Assembly (NCBI RefSeq): GCF_006345805.1
Contig: NC_043013.1
Location: forward strand, 19,530,001-19,594,000
From: Octopus sinensis
Lineage: Eukaryota
Direction of reading: 5' to 3'
DNA: 64,000 bases
How positions within the stretch are numbered: the first letter of the stretch is position 1; each line of letters starts with the position of its first letter. The position numbers and the translations under genes are program-made. Shown here piece after piece: positions 12,034 through 24,198 of the stretch. The notes below the pieces were generated by a model, which ran no database searches, was not told where the DNA came from, and worked only from the letters and a program-made list of their open reading frames with translations.

Positions 12034-12334
12034 CCAAAAGAGACAACGAGAAGTAAGGCGACTTACTCATGTGTTCTTTTTCGAATTGTCTGAGGTGACC
12101 TTGGTCTTTTTTGTAGGTTTTTCTTTCCAAGGCTACACCTAAACTGTGAACCTTATATATATATATATATTGCTTTTTATACACCACACAACCCACAGAT
12201 CCCTATTGATCAAACGTTTTTTTTTTTTTTTGTTTTTTTTTGCCCCACCCATCCCACCTCGAAAACATAAAATTCTACATTGTATTTCGTCCATTTTTAT
12301 TCTGTGTTTAGCCCTGTGTGGCTACAATAAAAAG

Positions 12335-12335
<1 letters not shown>

Positions 12336-12430
<95 letters not shown>

Positions 12431-12440
12431 TTATCTATCT
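12336..12440. repeat. (TATC)n microsatellite between Tx1 elements 1 and 2
   Basis: About 26 units, directly visible. Confidence 0.97.
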
Positions 12441-15400
12441 TATGTCGACGGCAGCAATGGGTTCGCGCTTTTCGACTCGTATCAGTTTACGCACCGCCCT
12501 TACAGGTCGGGCGGATTTCTTCAACGTCTAGAAGTTTTCTTGGGAACGTCTCGTCTTTACTCTTAGTGGGGGATTGGAATGCTACCTTGGACACGCATGT
12601 AGACTACGTGGGTAGAGATAGGAATAGACGGGGATGCAAATGCCTCAGAGACCTGCTCAGACGCTTTCAACTGTCTGACAGGTTCCGACTAGACCACCCG
12701 AATGCGCCAACGTGGACATGGAGCAACCGCATCGGGTCGTCGAGATCGTATCTAGATAGGATACTGTGTAGGACAGTAGATAGAGATAGCATAGGATGTC
12801 CACATTTCCACATAGTCAGCTACACGGATCACAAACTTGTGACATGTACGCTAGACTTAGGTAAGACACTTAGGCAGGTCCCGGATACTGGAAACTAAAC
12901 GCGTCTTTCCCATCGAGACAGGTTTCAGAGACCGGATTAGCACACTAGTAAAGAGGGCTTTGACGGGAGCCATCATCAACAACAAATGGTGGTTTGCCCT
13001 CAAGAGAGCAGTAAAAGCAGAAGCGATTAGGTACAGCAAAGCACTAGCCATAGATAGAAATAGAGTAGAGGGTGAGCTAGTTAAGAAGCTAGAAGAGGCA
13101 ATTAGAAGCGGCATCGCATCCGACGTTTTGGCGGCGAGGTTGGCCCTCGACCAACACTTCAACGCCAAACACGAAGGATGTGCTGTCAGAGCTAGGATGC
13201 GTGCTCTAAGGAACGAAGGTGTTGGAGCCGCGAGAGAGGCCCGGGTGGCAGAGGCGCAACAGGGCAACAAAGCCACCATTCGGTCACTGGTAGATGAACA
13301 GGGGCGCGAATTGCTCGAGCCAAATAAAATGTGTGAGGCCTTTCAGCAACATTTTGCCCGACTGTTCGGAACGAGTGGAGGGCAAGAACGTAGGGTGGAC
13401 TTCAGTGCCTACCTACATAGCCTACCACGACTCTCGACAAGAAAGGCAGGGTGCTGCGAAGGTGCCATCACGGCGGCGGATTGCGGGAAGCGATGGCAGA
13501 ATGCTCGAGGGACAAATCACCGGGTTTGGATGGTCTACCCTACGAGCTTTACAATTGTATGCCAGACTTGTTTGGAGATCTCTTGGCGGCGGTGTACTGC
13601 AACTGGCAGCAAAACGGGAGCATTCCTGGTTTTGTGAGCCGAGGAGCCGTAACACTGCTGAAGAAAGATCTAAACAAGGGAAATGTAATAGATAACTTTA
13701 GGCCCATCACTCTGCTTAATGCAGACTTGAAAATTTTGGCCAAGGTGTTAGCCAAGAGGTTGGCGCTTGTCATCGAGAAACTGGTCGACAAGGCGCAAAC
13801 ATGCGCCGTGCCAGGCCGGACCATCCATGACAACCTCCATCTGATGCGCTACATCATAGACAGGGTAGTTAACGAACCTGGCATGGGTGGGGCCCTGATC
13901 AACTTGGATCAATCGAAAGCCTTTGATAGGGTAGACCATCGATACTTGGAGGCAGTCCTGAGAGCGGCTGGTTTCGGTCCCGTCTTCCGCGGCTGGATAG
14001 CTGCCTTGTACAGAGGCATCCGTTCGGTAATTCGCGTAAATGGACATCTATCGAGACCTTTCGACATTGCACGTTCGGTCCGTCAGGGATGCCCCCTCTC
14101 GGCGCTTCTATACGTATTGACTCTTGAGCCACTACTGCGGAAGCTGGCGACTCTAAGGGGCATCCCGCGAGAATTGGGATGCGGGACGAGCGTGTCTGCA
14201 TACGCGGACGACGTCACCGTCATAGTGTCAAGCCACGAGCACATCGAGCTGGTCGGTGAGACACTGAAAAACTACGAAGCGGTGACAGGAGCGAAAATCA
14301 ACCGGGAAAAGTCAGTGGGCTTGCGACTAGGCACCTGGAGAAGCAAGCCCATGCCGTCCACCAGCGCCTCCGTCGTGGGACGCTGGCCGACGGCCCGGTT
14401 GAGTTGCTCGGGGTCTGTTTGGTCCGGACCTCCAAGTGGAGAAGAACTGGAACGAGATAACGAGTAGGGTGGTCACTCTCGCCCGGCAATGGGCCGAGAG
14501 GAAACTGTCCCTAAATGGGGTCGAGCGGAGGTGGCGAACACGTACATCGCATCCGTCATCTACTACCGCCTGACCGTCGTACCTTGTCCCGACCCTACCA
14601 TCACCAAACTACAACGCATCCTCTTTCGCTTCTTGTGGAAAGGATGCGTCCCGATGGTCAGGCGATCCATTTGCTGTCAACACCCGTTAAAAGGAGGGCT
14701 GGGCATGCCGTGGTTGATGATGCGCAGACACGCGCTGAGACTGCGACATCTCTGGCTCTATGTAGACGACGGTGAACAGGTGTGGTCGCCGTTTGTGAGG
14801 CACGCTTTCCCGCAGCTCGTCTCCATGACCGAACTGCAGTCGTGGATCAAAAGAGGCCGAGGAAGGGCGAATGGCACCGCGAGTGTCGCGTTGCTCTCAA
14901 GCAACTCTGCCGTCCGTCCTGGTCGACCTTAAGTGACTTCAACACAACCAAAGCATTCTATAGGGGTTTAGTGGAGGGGAGGTACGACGACGAGCTCGGG
15001 GCGAACCTGGACGTCGACGAGGAGTACCTGACCCGCCTGTTCGGGACGACTTTCGGGCCAGGGCCCCTGGACAACTTCCAGAGATCCCTGGCCTGGCAGT
15101 GCTACCGAGAAGCGCTACCCGTTCGGGATAAGCTCTACAGACACGGCTCGAGAAACACGGGGCCGACCTGCCCGAGATGCGGTCAGAGCGACGAAACCGT
15201 TCTGCACGCACTCGTTCAGTGTCCAACAATTTCCGACCTGTGGGCTTATGTCGAACAACTGCTGTCACGGTGTGGGACGAGTCGGTTTATCAGCTGAGTC
15301 TATCGTCAATATTGTCACGCCTCCTTCCTTCAAACGGGAAGAAGAGCTATTTTCATCATCATCCTTGTGGCTATGGCGAAAGAATGTATCTGGTGGACGC

Positions 15401-15981
15401 GTCTGAAAGGATTGAGACAACACTTTCCTCTCTGGTCAATCTCTCATCAACTTCTTCAAGTACCACTTGAAAAGGAAAGTGAGAGTAGAGAGGCAAGTTT
15501 TGTCTAGCGAATGTTTTAAAAAAAGATGGGTGAATGTAGCAAGAATGGCACGTATGAATGACGAAGCCACCTTGAGCATAGTCCTATGAACCCAGAAATC
15601 GAAAACAGAGAGTTGCTTATTTGCAAAAAAAAAAAAAAAAAAAGAAATATAAAATGTGACTTCATTGACCGAGGTTACCGTGGTCTTTTCCGTAGGCTTT
15701 TCTTTCCACGGGTAAACCTCACCTGTCCTCCCTTTACACTTCATATTGACATTTCTGTGATAACGATCCCTATTGATCAATTTTTTTTCCTCTCCCCCCT
15801 TTTTTTTTTTTTTTTTTTTACCCCCCCCCTTTTTTTGTCCTCTTTCTCTTCTTTTACGATCCTTTTGATCGAAACTCCCTTTCCTTTTTTTTTTTTTTTT
15901 TTTTTTTAACCTTCAAAAGAAAAGCTCTACCTTGTAATTTGTTCTCTCTGTGTGCAGCCCTGTGTGGCTAATAAAGAAACA
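12441..15981 (+). mobile_element. 5'-truncated Tx1-clade element 2 (diverged relative of element 1), ORF2 pseudogene plus 3' UTR
   Basis: Starts inside the APE domain (tatgtcgacggcagcaatggg matches gacgtggatggcagaaatggg at ~8881). Same RT and zf motifs in fragments 12146-12898, 12960-13637, 13451-14467, 14489-14932, 14782-15297; stop ~15586-15588. Ends gccctgtgtggctaataaagaaaca, then (TATC)n. Confidence 0.93.
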
Positions 15982-16036
<55 letters not shown>

Positions 16037-16043
16037 TTATCTT

Positions 16044-16078
<35 letters not shown>

Positions 16079-16099
16079 ATCTATCTATCTATCTGTCTG

Positions 16100-16136
<37 letters not shown>

Positions 16137-16140
16137 ATAT
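15982..16140. repeat. (TATC)n microsatellite, 3' flank of Tx1 element 2
   Basis: Directly visible. Confidence 0.97.
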
Positions 16141-16145
16141 ATATA

Positions 16146-16506
16146 CTCTTTTACTCTTTTACTTGTTTCATTCATTTGACTGCGGCCATGCTGGAGCACC
16201 ACCTTTTAGTACTTATTCTATCGGTCTCTTTTTGCCGAACCGCTAAGTGACGGGGACCTAAATACACCAGCATCGGTTGTCAAGCAATGCTAGGGGGACA
16301 CAGACACACAAACACACGCATACTTATATATATATACATATATACGACAGGCTTCTTTCAGTTTCCGTCTACCAAATCCACTCACAAGGCATTGGTCGGC
16401 CCGGGGCTATAGCAGAAGACACTTGCCAAGATGCCACGCAGTGGGACTGAACCCGCAACCGTGTGGTGGTTAGCAAGCTACTTACCACACAGCCACTCTG
16501 CGGCTA
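16146..16506 (-). mobile_element. tRNA-headed CORE-like SINE, family C, well preserved
   Basis: Minus strand: A-box-like tggctgtgtggtaag, B-box-like ggttcagtccc, CORE-like ggcatcttggcaagtgtcttc, internal (TA)/(CA) tract, and tail ...gcatggccgcagtcaaatgaatgaaacaagtaaaagagtaaaagag. Homologous copies at 19881, 35620, 39600, 42713. Confidence 0.85.
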
Positions 16507-17136
16507 TAATATATATATATTATATATATATATATATATCCTTCCCTGTAGTATCTTTCTGTTATATATATGTGTGTGTGTATAATTATATATATATATA
16601 TACACATATATATATACACACACAAACACACACACACATACACATACACATATATATATATATATAATACATGCATAATACATGCATATTTACATACATA
16701 CATCCATGCTTATATATACTTATATGAACATATACATGCATACATGCATACATACATACATACATACATACATGCATATATATGCTCTTAGTAATGTAAA
16801 CAGTGCAGCAGTGACAGAAATAGAAGAGAAACCGTTCTAGTATTTATACTGTTACAATGGGATTAAAGTAATGAAAATTGAATATGAATAACGACGATGA
16901 TGATGATGATGATGATGATGATAATGATGATGATGATAGTCGTGGTGGTGGTGGTGCTGGTGTTAGTGGTGGTAGTGGTGAAACTATGAATAATGAAAGA
17001 TGATGACTATTTTAAGAAGAAATTGCTTATTAGCTTCAAGGGCCATCACCATAGAACATTCTAGTACAGAGGAAAGGGATTGATGCATATGTGTGTGTGT
17101 GTGTGTGAGTATGTATATTTACATGTGTGTGAGTGA

Positions 17137-17170
<34 letters not shown>

Positions 17171-17859
17171 TAATTGATATAGGGTAAACTTTTTTTCCAG
17201 AAAAAAATTTTATCAATGGCCAGCATATCAAAAAATGCCTTTAAAGGTAAAATTTATACATAATTTATAAGATAAGGGCAAAAGAAAAATTCTAATGCCA
17301 GATACGCCGAAACGAAAATAATGTCGATAACCATTAAATTTATGCGATCCGAAACAAACCGATAGAAATCTCTAAAAAATTCGTTATTACCGTATTGGTC
17401 CAATTTCGGGGTTAATTCACAAGAAATTTTTCCCTCTTCAGCGGCACATACGCGAGATATAAATGAAACACTTACTCATACCCATGGAAGAAGCAAGCAC
17501 CAAGCCACGAGCAGACTTCTTTTGCCCTTATCTTATAAATTACACACACACATATATATATATATATTATATATATATATATACATACATATACATGTAT
17601 GTATATATATTTATATACATATATACATACATATACATGTATATATGCACGTGTGTGCGTGCATTTGCATCTGTGTGTGTGCGGGCGTGGGTGAATCTTT
17701 GTATGAATATAAATTTTGGGGACTAAATTTGACGGTTTCTGTGTCTTCTTTTTATTTGAGAGGAGCTTGATGTATTGGGGAACAGTGAATGGTATTGGAC
17801 TTTGTAAAGATTGAAGTTGTAGCTGAGAAAAAAGTTAGCTGACGTGGAGACCTAGAAAC

Positions 17860-18478
17860 CATGTGAATATTGGAAAGGAGTTACCAGTATCATGATTATT
17901 CACGACGTATCAAATTTCGTCATTATAATTGCAGCTCAATGCTCTGTGGAGACCTTAAAGGCTGTGAGATGTGATGTGGATAGCTTCCACAGAGACTAAC
18001 AAACTGTAGGATACAGGAAGGGACGCAGCAGGAATTCTGACTGCGTGCGCACGCAGGAATTCATACCAGCATCTTTGAAAATTGCCTTAGGCTTAACGCC
18101 TGTGAGAAGCTGCTGGAGATGATTGTGAATCTCTGGTTTGAGAGGGTTGCAGCTGGAAGGCTGTAAGTGTTGCCGCAGGATTCGACTCCGTGTCATACCT
18201 ATAGAAAGAGTCAGAAGTAGGTGTCAGAAAATTTCTACGACTTCACCAGCCTCAATCTCTGGCCTTCTAGTTCCCTTGATGTAATCCCATGGACCATTAT
18301 GTGCAGGTTGCAGTTGAAAAAGATACCACCGGCTCTTCATGCAACACTAAGTACAACTTGGTGGCCAAGATGAAAGAGGTATTCTCGATTTTCCTAAGAA
18401 AACGGCGAGGAAAGCATGCGTCAGTTACGGAGTCGTCTCGACGCTATGGTGGAAGCGGAGAACGGCTACTTTGAGTAA
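17860..18478 (+). mobile_element. Degenerate, internally deleted Tc1/mariner (maT/DD37D-like) transposase
   Basis: Fragments read RKGRSRNSDCVRTQEFI, WFERVAAGR, QDSTPCHT, ENFYDFTSLNLWPSSS.D..PMDHYV, KDTTGSSCNTKYNLVAKMKEVFS and end ...VEAENGYFE* (stop ~18476-18478). Related to 53690-54585. Confidence 0.75.
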
Positions 18479-18554
18479 ACTGCTATTTCCCATCCATTAT
18501 CTAGTTGATATTTTCTTTGATATTGTTGCCTTTTCCTTTTGTTGAAGTTGTAAG

Positions 18555-19790
18555 ATTGAACACGACCGTTTCTCTTGATCGTCTACAAGTTTCATGATAG
18601 TATGCAAGTGAGAGTGACACTGAGAGTGAAACCTTAGACCCCTTTGGTCTCCATGTAGGGGTAAAAGAAGGATGCGTCCCTCCCCTGTACTGTTTAGCAT
18701 TTACCTGTTCGTTGTAGCCCTTCTTTCCAGGAGACAGTTCACCTACAATGAAGGCCGCAATGAAGGCAACATCTTTAACAGTTGCTTCTTGAAAGCCACG
18801 TCAAAAATTCTGTGACAATTAGGCTGTTACCCTCTCATACCTCTGACTCTCTTCAACACATGACCAACTAATCTCGACTTCAAGTGAATAATCGAAAATC
18901 TGAAGTTCTCTAATCACACCTCCCGTACTCACCTACCCCTCAACCCGTTCTTATTGATGATGCTCCTCTACCGTAGGTGGACTCATCCTGCTATTCTGGG
19001 AGCGCAAACGTTGGACCCCTTGACGAGCAGGTACTCCATCGGATCAACCTGGTTCTAGCATCATTCGGGAGACTCAGCGAACGAGTCTTTTAGAGCAAGA
19101 AACTGACAACAAGCACAAAAATCTCTGTTAATGGAGCTGCCTGCGGATCCACCCTTCCGTAGACGTCTGAGTGTTTGACCATTTATCAGCCACAGATCAG
19201 ACAGAAGATTTCCATAGCAGATTACTCCACCAGTGTATCCTCAGTCTCACGTAGAAAGACAAGGTAACGCATACTGAAATCCTCCCGTGGGCTAGGATTT
19301 AAAGCATTGAGGCCTGCATCATTCATTGTCTTCACCGCCTGGTTGGCCATGTGATTCAGATGCCAAGTAATCGGCTTTCAAAGATCGTCCTCTTCAGCGT
19401 GATCGAGACTGGAAATAAACCACATGAACGTCCAAAGGTTCATTTTCATGATCATCTCAAGCGGTGTCTCATTTTATGCGGTTTTCCTCCCATTCGGTTG
19501 GAAGCTCAGACTGATAATCGGAAGGTATGGAAGTCCGCAAGCGACTCTGAAGTAGAACTCTTTGAAATGAAACGCAGACAACTGCATGACGAGAGGAGGA
19601 AGCGTCGTCTTCAACCTCCGGCAAATGTTTTTCGGTAGCAGTTTCAGCGCCACAATACATACCAATCTTGTATCGGACTCGTGAGCCACGTCCGCTCCCG
19701 TGGGCAACAATGTACTGGAAGCGATGGAGGAAGAACGTCTTGGATCGATGCTAAGACAGACGATGAGATTCAAATATGGACAGACTGAGA
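18555..19790 (+). mobile_element. 3' half of an RTE-clade (BovB-like) LINE, heavily decayed
   Basis: Remnants of FHD.MQ.RV, DPFGLHVGVKEGC, EGNIFN, ASFGRLSERVF, LRWLGHVI.MPSNRL (ORF 19351-19638) and a terminal C2H2-like CIGLVSHVRS. Confidence 0.72.
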
Positions 19791-19880
19791 TGTCGAAAGA
19801 TACACAGACTGATATATTAGTTATTTTGATTGATACATACATACACAGATATACACATAAACATTACATACATAAATAAC

Positions 19881-20147
19881 TCTGGTACTTATTCTATCTG
19901 TCCATTATGCCGAACCGGTAAATTACGGGGATGTGAACAAACCGTCACCGTTTTCAAGTGACTATGAGTGATAAACACACGCACATACACGACGGACGTC
20001 TTTTACTTTCTGTCAACCCAATCCATTCACAAGGCCTTATTTGGCACAAGGCAATAGTAGAAGACAGTTGCCCAAAGTGCCACGCATTGGGACTGAACCC
20101 GGAACCATGTGATTGAGAAGCAAGCTTGTTTGCCACACAGCCACGCC
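19881..20147 (-). mobile_element. SINE family C, 3'-truncated and diverged
   Basis: gtagaagacagttgcccaaagtgccacgcattgggactgaacccggaaccatgtg...ccacacagccacgcc matches 16400-16500. Confidence 0.8.
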
Positions 20148-20258
20148 GTTGAAAATATTTATTTCTCTCCGTTACCAGTGCCATTTCTTGAAGTTCAGAA
20201 TATATAACTTCAGCAGGAATTGTAGGCAACGCTCTGCAGCACATATTTCAAATACTGC

Positions 20259-20341
<83 letters not shown>

Positions 20342-21194
20342 GTATGTATATATATATAAACCACTAATAATGTGGTTATACCAGATCGACATGCAATCAG
20401 GGAATTTGTTTTGGATGCGGTAAATCAATTTCCTGATAGATATTTTGAGAGAAGAGGAATGTTTACCAGAAAAGATTCACGGGATATTTATAGGACCTAT
20501 GACACAAACCAATGGAGCACAAAAAGTTCTCCATTCTTTGGAAGCTTAGCTTCCTATTGAGTATACTCAATAAATTCTTGAGGCGAAATTAGAACATTTA
20601 CAAAAACGGCGAAAATTTAAATATCCAACAGAACTAAAACACCTGAAAATAGTACCCGGATGTGTTTATGTGCTTATGCGCGAGCAAGTCTTTATCTGCG
20701 TTGGCGTGGATTTTAGATCGATGTGGGGAGAAAATCGAAATGCTGTAATGTTAGCAGTTAAATAGATACTTTGAATGCCGTCACTGAGAGGCTTAGAACA
20801 GCAAACTCTTTCATTAATATATTTTACAAATGTCCTTTAAGCAGTGCAGTTGCCAAAATATCTGAGGTGATGTCCATAAATAAAAGCAAAGAATGATATT
20901 ATATCATTCTATTAATACATAGGTTGTTTAAATGTTCTATTATATTTCGGGAAAGCTTCCACTTGTATTATGACGTGTGTTTATACGTCTGGTATAAAAT
21001 GGTATTACACAAATAAATAGTTGGTTGAGGCTATCTAAAGATAGTCTATCGAAGAAATGTATGTTAACATGGAACGCACTCCGTATTACTCGAACGTAGG
21101 TACGATACTCAGTATCCACTGTTCAACTACCGACTATTAAACCAACGTACGTCGGACCAAGACGGTAAGCCAAAACGGTCGAACTAACACCGTC

Positions 21195-23060
21195 AACTAT
21201 TTTTCCTTATTTAAGCATTCAGGCTTATACATAGATAGGACAACGCAAAGACAGATAGCACACCACAGTGGGGACAAAAAACACAGAACAAACGAATGAA
21301 GAATAAACAATAATAAATGAAGATGATATGGCTGCATGCTCCCCACTCGCAAGCAGTATCATTTGAATGTTTTAGTTCAACGTTTTTATTTCATTTTTCT
21401 TTTTTCTCTTATTTTTTTCTTTCTTGCATCTGTTTAACAGTCATTAGAATTTCAAACATTTACTTACCTTTTTTTTTTTACCATTTCATAAAATGCAGTA
21501 GGCCCTTATAATCTATTACTGGTGGCAAGTCATCGAATTCCACGCGCACTCCGGCTGGGTCTATGCTACCTCCGAACAACCCTCTCCGTCTCGCACATTT
21601 CTCTCTGTCAATTACAATTCCCTTGGTACTCTCTGGATAATATTCTCTTGTTAGCTTCACTCTTAATACCGACTTCATTTTAGCTATTTTCTTTTCCATC
21701 TCCGTGCTTTTCGAATATGTCACCATGTGCCATTTATTATTCGGTTCTATTTTAGTTGCTTGTACTTGCAGTCTCACTTTATTTTCCACATTTGCTTTGC
21801 TTGTTGATGTTGTTGGAATCTCCTGCTGTGCATCTTCTCGTTTATTTTCCTTCCTTTTCTTCTGTGGACTCTTTGGCGGTGAGTCCACGCTTTCTTTCCT
21901 TTTCTTTTTCCTATTTACCATCGTATATTCCACCTTCTCCGAATACTTCTCACTTATTGGGTCGTTTCTTCAACACTCTGCTCCCGCTCGGCACCCTGCT
22001 GTTTTTCATCTACCACCGTACGCCCTCTCCGAACACTTCTCATTCACTGGGATCGTCACTTAGTCACTCTGCTCCCGCTCGGCACCCTGCTGCTTCAGTT
22101 CCTTTATACATTTATCATTTTTCTGAGAACACCTTGCCTTCATGTTTCCCCTTACACCACACTGATAATAGGTTGGAAGTCTTCCCTCCACCACCACGCT
22201 CAATTTCACATCCTGCGGCAGTATCAAATCCTCCGCTATATTGTGCAAGTCTTGTAAACTGACTTGGATGGCCACCTCGAGGCCGTATCCTCAGCAGTTC
22301 ACCTCTTTCGTCCTTGCTACTTTTAAGACTTTTGCGTTTTCCTCCATATTATGCATAATGGTTGCTACCATCCACGCCTCCTCAATGTCCGGGGGGTACT
22401 CTGCCAATCCTTACCCAGGCCACTCATTTGCCACAGTAAGTCGGCAGAAGTACCCACTCTGGTATCCTTAGCGTCACAGTGGAGCGGTTTATTGCTTCTT
22501 ATTCACTAGCAAACATTACCTCCACTGTGCCGAATATTTTCCCTCCGGTGTAGAATGTCGTGAGGCTTTTCATCTCCTTCAAACACTCAACTATGGCTTC
22601 TACTGTAGCTATTTCTATTTTTTCGTTATCGAGGACAGCGTTCTATATACCACAGTCCGCTTCATTAGGCTAGTTCTCAAATATTCCGGCGGTGCCAACC
22701 TCAAATTGGTTCCATTCTTTTCGATACGTTTGTTGAATTCCTTCAGCTTCCCTTGCTCCATTTTCAACTCTCGAACCTGTAATACGTTTGCAGTTAAACT
22801 TCTTCCAGTGGCTGAAGCCTAGCTACCGGTTGGAATTGGTTCGCACTCCATTCTTCTTTTTTCTTCTACTTCAACCATAAATGGGGAAGAAAGCAATTAT
22901 AAAATCACAGCTAAAAAATAGCAACTAACAATTCAACAATTTAACAATGAGGTTCAACAATTAGGTTCACCCTTAAGGGAAACATATCTACAAATAATTA
23001 ACAATGTGACTCACTTCCAACAGAGATGAAACAGAATAAGAAGAAAACGCTGTCCACCAT
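21195..23060 (-). mobile_element. ORF1-only Tx1-like non-LTR derivative (half-LINE), pseudogenised
   Basis: Minus-strand frame from ATG 22878 to TAA 21478, with several in-frame stops and one frameshift. The segment VAWVRIGRVPPDIEEAW..YGLEVAIQV..VVVEGRLPTYYQCGVRGNMKARC aligns with element-1 ORF1 VSRITIRNVPPDMPNKW..KTVVVTIQI..VMAEGKKPRCYKCGSPEHLIAKC. No APE or RT follows; a ~280-bp UTR ends gcctgaatgcttaaataaggaaaaata. Confidence 0.75.
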
Positions 23061-24051
23061 CAATCACGTGGGGTGTTCAGGATTCTCTCATAACACCTTA
23101 TCAAGTATAAAATAGGATATACAGTATTGCTTATATCATTTACACATTGCAATATACTCCAAGCAAATTAAGATAATCTTTTAAATTTAAAAATTGTTTT
23201 CCACTTTTTAAAATTTAATATTGCGACCTAAATGTATGTTTCCAAGTAAGAGAGTGGGATAAAAAGAGTTAGGTGACTTAAAAATATTAACCAGTGAATT
23301 TTGAGGCAAAGCTCAACATTTCTGAATCAAATGGAGCACTGAAGTTTCTGCTCGTCTGATTTTCCAGCGATCTTGTCTTGGGAATTGCAGTTTTGGAGGA
23401 AATTTGGTGTTTGCGTGATTGACTGGCAAAATCATGAAACAGCCAATGTATATATATGCACATGTGTGTTTTTGAGTATTTGTGTGGAGGTGCGTTGAAG
23501 TGTATATGTTTGTTGTATTACTGAGTATATGTGTGTATAACAATACCTATTCGTAAGTATGTATGTGTATACAATATTTGTCTTTCTGGGTGTGTCTAAA
23601 TGTAGATAACTCTATGAAGTTTGAGGCCAGAGGTCAGCGAGTATGTGTAGTCGTGAAGTACTTTCTATTGAACAACAACGATTGGTCACAGAAATCGATA
23701 ATAATTTAATGTAATTAACACTCATGGCTACTCGGATCGATACAAAACGAATTCTGTGTTCCATGTAGCTGATCAAACACAACATTAGCGATTGATTTGT
23801 GGTCATAAAGTGGTATCTCAAGTATGTTGTCATCACATACCAGACACACACATACGAATATAAATGTGTGTGTATGTGTCTATGTGTATATGCATGTGTG
23901 CGTGCGTTTATATATATATATTATATATATATATATACGTATATTAACATAAGTATGTTTATATACATACACGCATACATACATACACACAAATATACTA
24001 TCATAATCACACATACTTGTACATATAGATATACATACTTCCCTCACACCC

Positions 24052-24083
<32 letters not shown>

Positions 24084-24088
24084 GTATG

Positions 24089-24120
<32 letters not shown>

Positions 24121-24140
24121 TATACATATATGTATGTATC

Positions 24141-24198
<58 letters not shown>

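Larger units (their letters stand above)
6441..12335 (+). mobile_element. Near full-length Tx1/L1-clade non-LTR retrotransposon, element 1 (frameshifted, inactive)
   Basis: 5' UTR, gag-like ORF1 with CCHC knuckle, ORF2 APE-RT-zf-RVT, and a ~300-bp 3' UTR ending gccctgtgtggctacaataaaaagt. Both ends abut (TATC)n. Confidence 0.93.

Noticed and set aside
8711-15268. Antisense ORFs of 60-140 aa over the Tx1 ORF2 regions
   Set aside because: Expected shadows of GC-rich coding sequence; no motif support, although similar ones recur in both copies because the sense strands are homologous.
6441-15981. The two Tx1 elements as a segmental/tandem duplication or assembly artefact
   Set aside because: They differ at many synonymous sites, have different frameshifts and largely different 3' UTRs, and the second is 5'-truncated, as expected for independent insertions.
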